From contig NZ_BPIK01000001.1 of assembly GCF_026004075.1 (NCBI RefSeq), positions 658,041 through 722,040 on the forward strand: DNA of 64,000 nucleotides, in the 5' to 3' direction. The DNA comes from Meiothermus sp. (GTDB taxonomy: Bacteria > Deinococcota > Deinococci > Deinococcales > Thermaceae). Both the position numbers and the translations under genes were made by a program. Of this stretch, positions 21,106 through 31,700 are shown in pieces. Every line of letters begins with the position of its first letter. The stretch's first letter is position 1. Under the pieces are notes generated by a model. That model worked only from the letters and a program-made list of their open reading frames with translations. It ran no database searches and was not told the origin of the DNA.

Positions 21106-21864
21106 TTAGCTATATCGCCTGCGACGCCGCCGCCGCCGACTGGAACCTCCATTCTCCTGCTCTTTGGGTGGTTCGCCGGAAACCACCCTGGTTTTAGGGG
21201 GTTCTCCTGAGACCACTCGAGGTCGGCTCGAGTCTCGCTGGGTTTTGGGAGTTTGCTCCAACGGCTCAAAACGCTGTCCGGCCTCGAGGCGCTGCACCCC
21301 GACAAGATCGGCTTCGAAGACGTGCTCCCCTACCTTCTGCGTTAGCCGTACGGGGTAGCCTTGCTGGTCGAAATACAGCAGACTAAGACCCGGACGCAAG
21401 CGGTAAACCCGCAGGGTGCGCTCTTCAATGGTCTGGTCGGGTAGGCGCTCTACATAAGCCCGTCCTCCCACCAAAGCAAACTTCTCTATCTGGCCTACTT
21501 CGATGTCGAGTGCACCAATGGTCAGAATTAACGAGAGGGGGTCATGCATCTGGGTCAGGTAGGGGATGGCAAAGTCGTCTTTACCCTGGCTAACTGTAAC
21601 CAGGCCGTCCTCGCGCGAGAACTCTACCTCCATCACTCGAGCCCCGTTGCCTTCCACCCTTTCGCGGTAGCGACGGGGTAGGCCTTCGCGGTCTAGCTCG
21701 CTTTCCCAACGCTGGCGGGTTTTGGGCAGGGGTAGTTCTACGGTGGCCTCGAGCACCACCCGCAGGCCGTCCCGGCGGGGCTCGAGGATTAGACGCTGCT
21801 CACCTGCTGGGTGTCCGGCATACCGCAGGCTGTAGCGCAGTGCTTGTGGAACCGCCCAATCCAT
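21106..21864 (-). CDS. DUF3108-like hypothetical protein with repeat/poly-Arg tail
   Basis: Start at the ATG at 21864 ([17 protein letters not shown]...). The C-terminus is [20 protein letters not shown]...[14 protein letters not shown]. It lies upstream of hisD on the same strand. Confidence 0.65.
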   Translation of the reverse strand: MDWAVPQALRYSLRYAGHPAGEQRLILEPRRDGLRVVLEATVELPLPKTRQRWESELDREGLPRRYRERVEGNGARVMEVEFSREDGLVTVSQGKDDFAIPYLTQMHDPLSLILTIGALDIEVGQIEKFALVGGRAYVERLPDQTIEERTLRVYRLRPGLSLLYFDQQGYPVRLTQKVGEHVFEADLVGVQRLEAGQRFEPLEQTPKTQRDSSRPRVVSGEPPKTRVVSGEPPKEQENGGSSRRRRRRRRYS

Positions 21865-22082
21865 GGCATTTATCCTACCAGCCCCCAGTGGAAAATCTGC
21901 ACCAGTGCTATGGGGAATGTTCCATAACCTGCACCCGCTCACCGATAACCTGGGGGCTGTTTTGAAGCCTCATTCTGCGGGTCTGGACAACAGCCCTGGA
22001 GCACAAAAGGACGAGCTGTTTATTGTTTTTACAGCAATTGTGTATACCGTTTACCGTGTACTCACTCAAATGGTACACATTT

Positions 22083-22110
22083 TTGTAAGTGTTGTTATGC
22101 AGAATATACA
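22083..22110 (+). promoter_or_regulatory. Candidate aceA promoter
   Basis: TTGTAA, 16 nt spacer, TATACA, in an AT-rich tract about 50 nt upstream of the aceA ATG. Confidence 0.4.
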
Positions 22111-22160
22111 TTTTTTGGATTATCCGGGCTCAAGCCATACTCAAGACAGGAGGAATTGCA

Positions 22161-23456
22161 ATGTCCAAACTGTCCCCCGAGATGAAACTGGAAGCCGACA
22201 AACTCAAGCGCGAATGGGAGACCAACCCCCGCTGGAAAGGCATCAAGCGCGACTACACCGCCGAGGATGTGGTGCGCCTGCGCCCCAGCCTTCTGCCCGA
22301 GCAGACCTTAGCCAGGGCGGGAGCTGAGCGGCTGTGGGAGCTTTTGCACACCCGTCCTTATGTGAACACCTTTGGGGCCTACACCGGGGCCCAGGCGGTG
22401 CAGATGGTCAAGGCCGGCCTCGAGGCCATCTACCTCTCGGGCTGGCAGGTGGCCGCCGACGCCAACCTGGCCTGGCAGACCTACCCCGATCAGTCGCTCT
22501 ACCCAGCCAACTCGGTGCCGCAGGTGGTGCGCCGCATCAACAACGCCTTACAACGGGCCGACCAGATCGAGCGCGCCGAGGGTAAAACCGATCGCTACTG
22601 GTACGCCCCCATCGTGGCCGACGCCGAGGCCGGGTTTGGCGGCCCCCTCAACGCCTTCGAGCTGATGAAGGCCATGATCGAAGCGGGCGCAGCCGGGGTG
22701 CACTGGGAAGACCAGCTCAGCAGCGAGAAGAAGTGCGGACACCTGGGCGGCAAGGTGCTGATTCCCACCTCGCAGCACATCCGCACCCTGAACGCCGCCC
22801 GGCTGGCCGCCGATGTGATGAATGTGCCCAGCATCATCATCTGCCGCACCGATGCCGAGGCTGCGACCCTGCTCACCAGCGACATTGATGAGCGCGACAA
22901 GCCCTTTGTGAAGGAAGGTGAGCGCACCCCCGAGGGCTTCTACCGCATTCGCAACGGCCTCGAGGCCTGCATCACCCGCTCGCTGGCCTATGCCCCCTAC
23001 GCCGACCTGCTGTGGATGGAGACCAGCACCCCCGACCTGGAGGTAGCCCGCAAGTTTGCCGAGGCCATCCATGCGGTCTACCCCGATAAGATGCTGGCCT
23101 ACAACTGCTCCCCCAGCTTCAACTGGAAAAAGAACCTCGACGACGAAGCCATCGCCAAGTTCCAGCGCGAGCTGGGCGCCATGGGCTACAAGTTCCAGTT
23201 CATCACCCTGGCCGGCTGGCACAACCTCAACTACCGCACCTTCGAGCTGGCCAAGGGCTACAAGGAGCGCGGCATGAGCGCCTTCGTGGAGCTGCAGCAG
23301 CTCGAGTTCGCCGCCGAGAAGGACGGCTTCACCGCGGTCAAGCATCAGCGCGAGGTGGGTGCGGGCTACTTCGACGAGGTGCTCATGGCTATTACCGCCG
23401 GACAGGCCTCTACGGCGGCTCTGGCAGGCTCGACTGAGGAAGCCCAGTTCCATTGA
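22161..23456 (+). CDS. aceA: Isocitrate lyase
   Basis: The ATG at 22161 follows AGGAGGA. Contains the signature [12 protein letters not shown]-terminus is [30 protein letters not shown]. Confidence 0.95.
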   Translation: MSKLSPEMKLEADKLKREWETNPRWKGIKRDYTAEDVVRLRPSLLPEQTLARAGAERLWELLHTRPYVNTFGAYTGAQAVQMVKAGLEAIYLSGWQVAADANLAWQTYPDQSLYPANSVPQVVRRINNALQRADQIERAEGKTDRYWYAPIVADAEAGFGGPLNAFELMKAMIEAGAAGVHWEDQLSSEKKCGHLGGKVLIPTSQHIRTLNAARLAADVMNVPSIIICRTDAEAATLLTSDIDERDKPFVKEGERTPEGFYRIRNGLEACITRSLAYAPYADLLWMETSTPDLEVARKFAEAIHAVYPDKMLAYNCSPSFNWKKNLDDEAIAKFQRELGAMGYKFQFITLAGWHNLNYRTFELAKGYKERGMSAFVELQQLEFAAEKDGFTAVKHQREVGAGYFDEVLMAITAGQASTAALAGSTEEAQFH

Positions 23457-23508
23457 GCCATAGCATGTTTTTCTTCTACCCTCTGGAGCGTAGCAACCTA
23501 ATTAATCT

Positions 23509-23540
23509 GGATGGCAGCAGCCACAGGGCTGCTGCCATCC
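23509..23540. terminator. 14-bp-stem hairpin between convergent aceA and yqeK
   Basis: Perfect stem GGATGGCAGCAGCC-ACAG-GGCTGCTGCCATCC. There is no clean T run on the plus side; A/T-rich flank on the other side. Confidence 0.55.
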
Positions 23541-23607
23541 GCTAATGCCCGAAGTGGGTATCGGCGTCTGTCCCATCCCCAGTACAGCGGTATCCATGGA
23601 AACCGCT

Positions 23608-24174
23608 CTAGCCAGCATCTCGACTTTGTTGTAGCGCCTGATAAGCGGCCCAGGTGCGTGGATGGGGCGTAATGCCTTTCTGTTGCAGGTACCGCACTTT
23701 GCAGATGACGGCTTTTTGGTAGGCCTCCTCGAGCCTCCCGCTAAGCGCCATCTCGCGGATCTCGTGGTTGACCCCGCGGCCCGGCTCCGAGACATCGGCA
23801 ATGTAAAGGGCCATGCCGATTTTGTGATCGGGGCTGACCCCATAAACGTGACCTTCGATGGCCTCGAGCACTTCCTCGTCTTCCACGCCCCATTCCTGGG
23901 CCAACCGACGGCCTGCCCGCCCATGCAGGGCCAGGGGGTGATTGCGTTCTATCTCGTTTTCGGGGAGGGCTAACGCTTGCAGGCGCTCGGCGCTCAGGTC
24001 GCGCGCGGCGTCGTGCAGAATTGCGGCCAGATAGGCTTTGCCCTCGTCGAGGGCATTGGCCTTGGCAATTTGAGCCGCCAGCTCGGCCACTCGAAGAATA
24101 TGCTCATAGCGCTCAGGCTTGACCAACTGGCGCACTTTCTCGGCGTAATCAACGACAGAGCCTTTGCTTATCAA
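23608..24174 (-). CDS. yqeK: HD-domain protein, YqeK-type bis(5'-nucleosyl)-tetraphosphatase
   Basis: Contains RYEHILRVAELAAQIA and AAILHDAARD (HD motif). Length is 188 aa. Confidence 0.85.
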   Translation of the reverse strand: MISKGSVVDYAEKVRQLVKPERYEHILRVAELAAQIAKANALDEGKAYLAAILHDAARDLSAERLQALALPENEIERNHPLALHGRAGRRLAQEWGVEDEEVLEAIEGHVYGVSPDHKIGMALYIADVSEPGRGVNHEIREMALSGRLEEAYQKAVICKVRYLQQKGITPHPRTWAAYQALQQSRDAG

Positions 24175-24345
24175 AGTTGAGCCTCCGCCGAGGGCGGGAG
24201 CAGGTTTGGAAACTCCTGCCCATCCGCAACAGAGAGCCTACCATATTTGCAGAAAATTCCAAGGCGATGGAACCTCTAAAGTCGCGGTTCAGTGGGCGGG
24301 GTGGGAGCTGTGGCAGAGCCACCAGGCTTGAACTAGGATAAAGGC

Positions 24346-24522
24346 ATGGCCGATGTTAAGCCCGTGTTCAAGTCCAAAAAAGCTGAGGAAGTCTACCAGT
24401 TGATTATTAATCTTCCTCCCCTGACGGATGAACAAGCCCGCAAGATGGTAAAAGCCATCGAGCGGGTTACGGGCCGCCGCCACCCTGTTCGCCCCATACG
24501 TCGTTCTAATGTGAATCCCTAA
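24346..24522 (+). CDS. Candidate small protein (58 aa), not in the ORF track
   Basis: My own translation is MADVKPVFKSKKAEEVYQLIINLPPLTDEQARKMVKAIERVTGRRHPVRPIRRSNVNP. It lies in an AT-rich island and competes with the antisense track ORF 24289-24567. Confidence 0.3.
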   Translation: MADVKPVFKSKKAEEVYQLIINLPPLTDEQARKMVKAIERVTGRRHPVRPIRRSNVNP

Positions 24523-24655
24523 ACAAATCCTGCTCGACACCAACTTTTTTATTTCCCCCCGGCGCAAAGAGCCGTTTTCTTGGCCGCCTTTTACGCGAGC
24601 AAATGGTTAACTCGGTAATTGTGCAACGTGGAATATGCCCTGCTCCAACCGGTAC

Positions 24656-24684
24656 TTGAAACATTTATCCATAGCCGCTATAGT
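24656..24684 (+). promoter_or_regulatory. Candidate sigma-A promoter of rplU-rpmA
   Basis: TTGAAA, 17 nt spacer, TATAGT, about 80 nt upstream of rplU. Confidence 0.6.
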
Positions 24685-24766
24685 TATCAGTTGGCTGGGT
24701 CAAAAGACCCGAGCCGTTTGGTTGGATTGCACCTGCATCCCGGACGGCTAACTGGAGAGTGTGGCT

Positions 24767-25072
24767 ATGTACGCAATCATCAAAACCGGTGGTAAACAGT
24801 ACCGCGCAGAAGCGGGCAGCAGGCTGCGCGTAGAGAAGCTCGAGGCCAGCCCTGGCGATACCGTGGAGTTCGATGCCCTGATGCTGGGCGGTGAGAAGAC
24901 CGTGATTGGTAGCCCCACCGTTCCGGGCGCCAAGGTGGTGGCCGAGGTAGTGGAGCACGGCAAAGGTAAAAAGGTGGTGGTGGCCAAGTTCAAGGCCAAG
25001 ATTCAGTACCGCCGCAAGCGGGGCCACCGCCAGCCCTACACCGAGATTCTCGTGAAGGAGATTCGCGCTTAG
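24767..25072 (+). CDS. rplU: 50S ribosomal protein L21
   Basis: Translation begins [23 protein letters not shown] lies 7 nt upstream of the ATG at 24767. Confidence 0.95.
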   Translation: MYAIIKTGGKQYRAEAGSRLRVEKLEASPGDTVEFDALMLGGEKTVIGSPTVPGAKVVAEVVEHGKGKKVVVAKFKAKIQYRRKRGHRQPYTEILVKEIRA

Positions 25073-25094
25073 TTGCGCCCCGAAGGAGCACACG

Positions 25095-25370
25095 ATGGCA
25101 CACAAGAAGGGTCTGGGTTCGACCAAAAACGGGCGTGATAGCCAAGCTAAGCGCCTGGGGGTCAAGCGTTTCGAAGGCCAGGTGGTCAAGGCTGGGAACG
25201 TGCTGGTACGGCAGCGTGGTACCAAGTTCCGCGCCGGTGCGGGCGTGGGCCAGGGTCGCGACTACACCCTGTTCGCCCTGGTAGATGGTGTGGTGGAGTT
25301 TGCCGACAAAGGCCGCATGGGCCGTTTTGTGCGGGTACGTCCCCTGGAAACGGCACAGGCCGGCGATTAG
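25095..25370 (+). CDS. rpmA: 50S ribosomal protein L27
   Basis: Translation begins [29 protein letters not shown]. Confidence 0.97.
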   Translation: MAHKKGLGSTKNGRDSQAKRLGVKRFEGQVVKAGNVLVRQRGTKFRAGAGVGQGRDYTLFALVDGVVEFADKGRMGRFVRVRPLETAQAGD

Positions 25371-25382
25371 CCTTACTTCGCG

Positions 25383-25420
25383 CCGGAGGCGGGAGCCTGC
25401 GCTTCTGGCCTCCGGTTTTT
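25383..25420 (+). terminator. Hairpin plus T run between rpmA and obg (partial terminator)
   Basis: CCGGAGGC...GCCTCCGG followed by TTTTT, ending 5 nt before the obg ATG. Confidence 0.55.
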
Positions 25421-25425
25421 GATTT

Positions 25426-26676
<1,251 letters not shown>

Positions 26677-26705
26677 AGCTGGGGTATTGTGTACAATGAG
26701 GACGA

Positions 26706-27050
26706 ATGGTCAAAACCATTGAACCCAAAACCCTGATTGGACACATCAAAGAAGCCCTGGAAGACAAGAAGGCCGAGAATGTGGTGGCGCTGGACCTAAC
26801 CGGCGTTTCCGACTCGCTGGACTACTTTGTAATTGCCACCGGAACCTCGCAGCCCCACCTACAGGCCCTCGAGCGGGCCGTGCGGGAAAAACTGCAAGAA
26901 GATGAAGGTATTCGGGCCAACAAGGTCGAAGGCCCCAGCCCGCGCTGGGTGCTCCTCGACTATGGCCCGGTGCTGGTACACCTGATGAGCGCAGAGGCCC
27001 GCGAGTACTACGACCTGGAAGGCTTCTGGGCCGATGCCAAGCGCATTTAG
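26706..27050 (+). CDS. rsfS: Ribosomal silencing factor RsfS (iojap family)
   Basis: Contains VVALDLTGVSDSLDYFVIATGTSQPHLQAL and WVLLDYGPVLVHLM. Confidence 0.9.
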   Translation: MVKTIEPKTLIGHIKEALEDKKAENVVALDLTGVSDSLDYFVIATGTSQPHLQALERAVREKLQEDEGIRANKVEGPSPRWVLLDYGPVLVHLMSAEAREYYDLEGFWADAKRI

Positions 27051-27056
27051 CCCAAG

Positions 27057-27350
27057 CTACTTTGCTTTGGGCGGATTGGTTTGTGCTGGACGGTAGTTGC
27101 GGATGGGGCCGAAGATGAACTTATTGAACACGATGTAGGCTGCTAGATAAGCCCCCATCTGTACCCAGAAATTGTTGAACACGGTGACCCCACTACCGCC
27201 CAAGATGGTCATGATTAGGGTAAGGGGCATCACCACAATAAAGGCCCGCAATAATAGGCTGGGAAATATGCGCAGCATATCCCGGCCAGAAAGGGGGGTG
27301 CGCTGCTGTCCTTTACGCTTGAGTTTTTCCTCCCGCCGCTTCTTGCCCAT
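27057..27350 (-). CDS. Small hypothetical membrane protein (97 aa)
   Basis: The ATG at 27350 gives MGKKRREEKLKRKGQQ..., followed by two hydrophobic helices. The upstream part of the track ORF (to 27605) is not protein-like. Confidence 0.45.
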   Translation of the reverse strand: MGKKRREEKLKRKGQQRTPLSGRDMLRIFPSLLLRAFIVVMPLTLIMTILGGSGVTVFNNFWVQMGAYLAAYIVFNKFIFGPIRNYRPAQTNPPKAK

Positions 27351-27458
27351 GTGCCTAAGTCTAAGCTGGGCCAAGGTGAGTTTGTCAAACCCGCTGCCCG
27401 AGTCGCTATTGCCCCCCGGGATACCGAACCCGATAGACCTGGTTTTTAGCCTTATGCT

Positions 27459-28547
27459 ATGGACGTGCGTCAACTGTGGGAAGAACTTTGTGCCTTGCCG
27501 CACCGCGGGAGCGCTACCGCCCAGGAGGCGCTGGCAGCAGCCAAGCTCAAAGCCTACCTCGAGCGGCCCCGGCTGGCCTCTGGGGGACAGGAAATTCCGG
27601 GCCATGGGGTGGAAGTTCAGCCCTTCAAAGCACCCCGTAGTTACGGCCCCGAGCTGATTCTGATCAGCCTGCTGCTCGCCTTGGGTGGAGGGCTGGGTCT
27701 ATGGTGGCTGGCACTGCTGGGAACGTATGGCTTCTGGGCGCATTTCTCCGGCTGGTGGACGCCCTGGCGGAGCTGGTTTGACCGCTACCCTTCACAAAAT
27801 TTGCTCACCCAGACCGGCCAGGGCCGCAAAACATTGGTCTTGATGGCCCACTACGACACCGCCAAAACCTTTTTTCTCTACCACCCCCGGCAGGTGCGGT
27901 TTTTCCGGCGCAATTTTCTGGCCAATGCTGCTTTTGCAACGGCCTTGCCCTTTGGGGCTCTGCTGCCCTGGGTTTCGCAGATATTGGGCCTCTATTTTTT
28001 GGTGCAGGCGGCCCTTCTGACCCTGCGGGAGCTGCGCGAGCCTTACGTCAACGGGGCCAACGACAACGCGACCGGGGTGGTGGTGGCGGTGGGGTTGTTC
28101 GAGGAGCTGGCGCAAAACCCCCTGCCGGACTTCCGGGTGATCCTGGCCCTGACCGGCAGCGAGGAGGTGGGGGCCAAGGGCGCCGAATACCTGGTGCGTT
28201 CGGGGCGCATTCCACCCGATGCCCTGGTGCTCAACATAGACAACGTGGGCAAAGGAGCGCTTTTTTATGCGGTAGGAGAGGGAATGCTCGTCTATCATGC
28301 CTATCGCGGAACTTTACGCGAACGGGCTGCAGTCCTCCCCGGTGCGCGGCCCCTCGAGTACCGCCTGGCCTTTTTCGACACCCGCCCCTTTGCCGCTCGA
28401 GGCATCCCCTGCCTGACGCTCATTCGGCTGGAGAACGGCCTACCTCCCAACTGGCACTGGCCCACCGACCAGGCCGAAGGGGTAGATTGGAGCCAGGTTG
28501 AGGAGACCCTGGATTACGCCCTCCGCTTGGTGCAGCAGCTGGCCTGA
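27459..28547 (+). CDS. M28-family metallopeptidase with N-terminal membrane segments
   Basis: Contains LVLMAHYDT, NGANDNATGVVV and LTGSEEVGAKGA, which are M28 zinc-ligand contexts. Confidence 0.8.
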   Translation: MDVRQLWEELCALPHRGSATAQEALAAAKLKAYLERPRLASGGQEIPGHGVEVQPFKAPRSYGPELILISLLLALGGGLGLWWLALLGTYGFWAHFSGWWTPWRSWFDRYPSQNLLTQTGQGRKTLVLMAHYDTAKTFFLYHPRQVRFFRRNFLANAAFATALPFGALLPWVSQILGLYFLVQAALLTLRELREPYVNGANDNATGVVVAVGLFEELAQNPLPDFRVILALTGSEEVGAKGAEYLVRSGRIPPDALVLNIDNVGKGALFYAVGEGMLVYHAYRGTLRERAAVLPGARPLEYRLAFFDTRPFAARGIPCLTLIRLENGLPPNWHWPTDQAEGVDWSQVEETLDYALRLVQQLA

Positions 28548-28615
28548 AGATAATGGGGCTGCAGGTGCTCGACGAAGGTTAGGCTCGCTTCAATCTGGGG
28601 CTTACCCTTGCTGAG

Positions 28616-28656
28616 CTGGCCAGAACAGAGCAGAACTTCTAGTTCTGCTCGGCCAG
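28616..28656. terminator. Hairpin between the convergent peptidase and kinase genes
   Basis: CTGGCC..GAGCAGAAC-TTCTA-GTTCTGCTC-GGCCAG. No clear T run. Confidence 0.4.
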
Positions 28657-28779
28657 GAAAACGTCTCTTGCCCAAGAAGCGATACTGCCCGTGGCTACAC
28701 CAAGAGCTTTGGCCGGTTTTGATCGTCATTTGGTAATGAGGACAGCCTCCATGTTTGCCCGAAATCGCTCTCGCGAGCC

Positions 28780-31700
28780 CTAAGTGGATCTGGCCGGATT
28801 CATAACCTCGGTAGCCGATATGGGCAACTCCACGTAAAAGCACGCCCCTTTGCCGACCTCAGAGTTCACGCCGATAGTACCGTTGTGTGCATCGACAATA
28901 GCCTTGGAGATGTACAGCCCCAAGCCGGTTCCCCGTACCCCCCGCTCGAGGGCAGTGCGAGTGCGTGAATAACGTTGAAACAGCCGCCCCGCCTCTTCCG
29001 GCGATATGCCAGGGCCGGTGTCCTCTACCTCGATGCGCAAACAATTTTCCTTTACAAATGCCCGCAAAACAATCCGACCGTTTTTGGGAGTGAACTTAAA
29101 CGCGTTGGAGAGTAGATTGCCTATTACCTGGCCAATGCGATCGGGATCGGCCAGCAGAGAAGGCAGCTGCTCTATTTGCAGCTCGAAGGTGATACTCGAT
29201 AGCTGGGCTACTCCCCGGAAGGCAGCGGCCACGTCGCGCAAGGTGGGAGTAAGATCTACTCTTCGACGGCTAATTTCGAAGCGACCGGACTCGAGGCGAT
29301 TGGAGTCGAGCAGGTTGTCGACCATATTTTTTAGACGCAAACCACTTTCGCGGATCAGTCGAGCGAATTCCCGAGACTCCTCGTCTAAATTTGGCTCCTC
29401 TTCCAGTAACTCGGCAAAGCCTAGAATGCCCACCAGAGGGGTGCGCAACTCGTGCGAGACAGCTGATACAAACTCCTGCTTCATTCGCTCGAGCTGCTTT
29501 TGTTGAGTTATATCGCGAACCACTGCCAGTACCTGCCGCTCCCCGCTTTGTGCTACACGGGCCTCGAAGTCGAGAGGCTCACCTTGTATATTTAGGCTGT
29601 ATTCCACGCTGCGCATCTCACCACTGGCGAGCACTTCTGCAATAGCCAGCTGTATGCGCTCGGCAACCTCGAGGGGAAGCACCTCAGCTATGCGCCGACC
29701 CAGAAAATCCTCTGGATTCATGAGTAACTGATCTCGCCGGCCCTGGTAAGCCAGTAGGGTGCCGTTGTCGTCCATCATAAAGAGCAGATCGGGTAACGCT
29801 TGCAGGATGGCCCGGTTGCGGGCTTCGCTCTCGCGCAGCGCAGCCTCCGCCAGCTTGCGCTCGGAGATGTCGCGGGAGATACCCGCGATTAGGTCGATGC
29901 GGCCCTCGCGATTGGGGATGGGCACCAGTTGAGTTAGCCAGGTGCGCCGCCCGGCTGGAAGCTCGAGGGTTTCTTCGTAGCTGATGGCCCGGCCTTCCGA
30001 CAGGGCACGACGGTAATTGGCCGAAACCTGCTCTGCCAGTTCCCGTGGCAGCAACTCGTGGGGGGTTTTCCCGGCGATATCCTCGAGAGCGATGCCGGTT
30101 TGCCGTTGATGAGCGGGGTTGTTGCCCTCGAAGCGAAAGGTTCCATCTGGCTCGATTTCGATCAGAAAGATGGCGTCCTCGGTATGGTCAAATATGCCCC
30201 GATAACGCCGCTCACTTTCTTGGCGAGCTAGCTCGGCTTGGTGTCGCTGGCTGACATCGCGCAGTGTTACCGCTACGCCCCCTACAGCTGGATCGTGCGT
30301 GAGATTGCGCCCCCAAAGCTCTACCTGGCGCACCTGCCCATGGGCGTCCATCATGCGCAGCTCGGCTTCACGGGTGGAACCTGGTGCGCTCAGCAACTCA
30401 CGAAACAGGGCCTGGGCCCGGGGGCGGTCTTCGGAGTGGAAGAACGATAGGCCATCGACTTCCGCGCTCAGGTAGCCCTCGGGGTCGTAGCCCAGTACGG
30501 CTTTTGCGTTGGGGCTCACGTAGCGCAAGAACCCCTCCGGCGAAATCACATACACCACGTCCTGGCTGCTCTCTAGCAGGGCTTTGAAGCGTCGCTCACG
30601 CCGTTCAAGCTCCTCCAGTAGGCGTGTTTTTAGCAGGGCCAGCGCAATAAGCTCGGCGGCTTGCTGAGCTTGCATGGCCTCGAGGTCGCTAAATTTTCGG
30701 TTTTGTGTATAGCCGAGGATGGCTGCGCCAAGCCAGCGGGATTGGGCAATAAACGGGAGCACCATGGCCGAGGCAGCTGGAAACTGGCGGGTTAGGGAAG
30801 TGGCGGCATAGGGGGTTTGCTGTGTGTCCTCTATAACCAGGACACGACCCAGGCGCAGGGCGGCTTCGGTAAAAGTGCCTCCGCTGGACTCGGTACCGAC
30901 CTCAAGATAGCGTTCAGTAGAGAACCCGTAAGCTGCAACGGGCAGTGGCTTATTGTGAGCCTCGTCCCACAGGGTGAGATACACCTGATCGGCTGCGAAA
31001 AGGCTGGAGAGATGATTGGCGAGGGTGCGCAGCAAGGAGGCACTATCAGGACTCTCTAGGGCCTGGCGGGTGACGTCGGCGAGGTGGCCCAGGAAGCGAC
31101 TTTGGTTTTCGAGGCGTTGTTGGGCCTGACGAATGCCTGTGATCTCGTGCAAAACCAGCACCCATAGCCGTCCGTCCCGGGTGCCCAGAGCTGAGAAGGT
31201 GCGCCCCTGGTGCAGGTACTCCACCGGCTGCCCTTCCAGCGCGGGGTATAGTTCGGGGGGTAGGTTATCGAGAGCCACCTGCTTGTCCAGGCCCAATATT
31301 TCACGGGCCTTACGGTTGGCAAAGCCTTCGTATTCCTCGAGCACAACCACAGCGTCACCCATGAGTTCCAGAGCCTGGATGAGCTTTTGGCGCTCTAGCG
31401 CAAGCGCCCGGTTAGCTTGCTCGCGCTCTTCAAAGGCGTAGGCGTTTTTAAGGGCCGCGCCGGCTACGTAGCTCAGGAGTTGCACGTAGCGGAGCTCATC
31501 AGGATCTACGGTTCGTCCGCTATCACCGTGATCTACAGCTACCACACCCAACACTTCTTCCTCAGCCAGGATTGGCAGATAGGCGGTAATGGGCACGAAG
31601 GCCATCTGTTGAGCACGGGCTGTAGCGGGCAGCTCTTTCTCCCCTACCTGCAGCGGTCGGCGTTCGCGGGCGGCCCGGGCAAAAGGGTCGCTTGAGCTCT

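Noticed and set aside
24289-24567. 92-aa minus-strand ORF in the AT-rich island.
   Set aside because: The composition is unconvincing (WWLCHSSHPAH, ICLGIHIRTTYGANR) and there is no SD. The plus-strand 58-codon ORF is at least as plausible, and neither is proven.
28548-28779. Possible gene remnant between the peptidase and kinase genes. On the minus strand, ..RSKPAKALGVATGSIASWARDV.. looks like an HTH (transposase/Xre-like). The track ORF 28514-28843 also lies here.
   Set aside because: The frames are broken by stops, no start or SD is present, and it is too short to assign. At most it is a decayed fragment.
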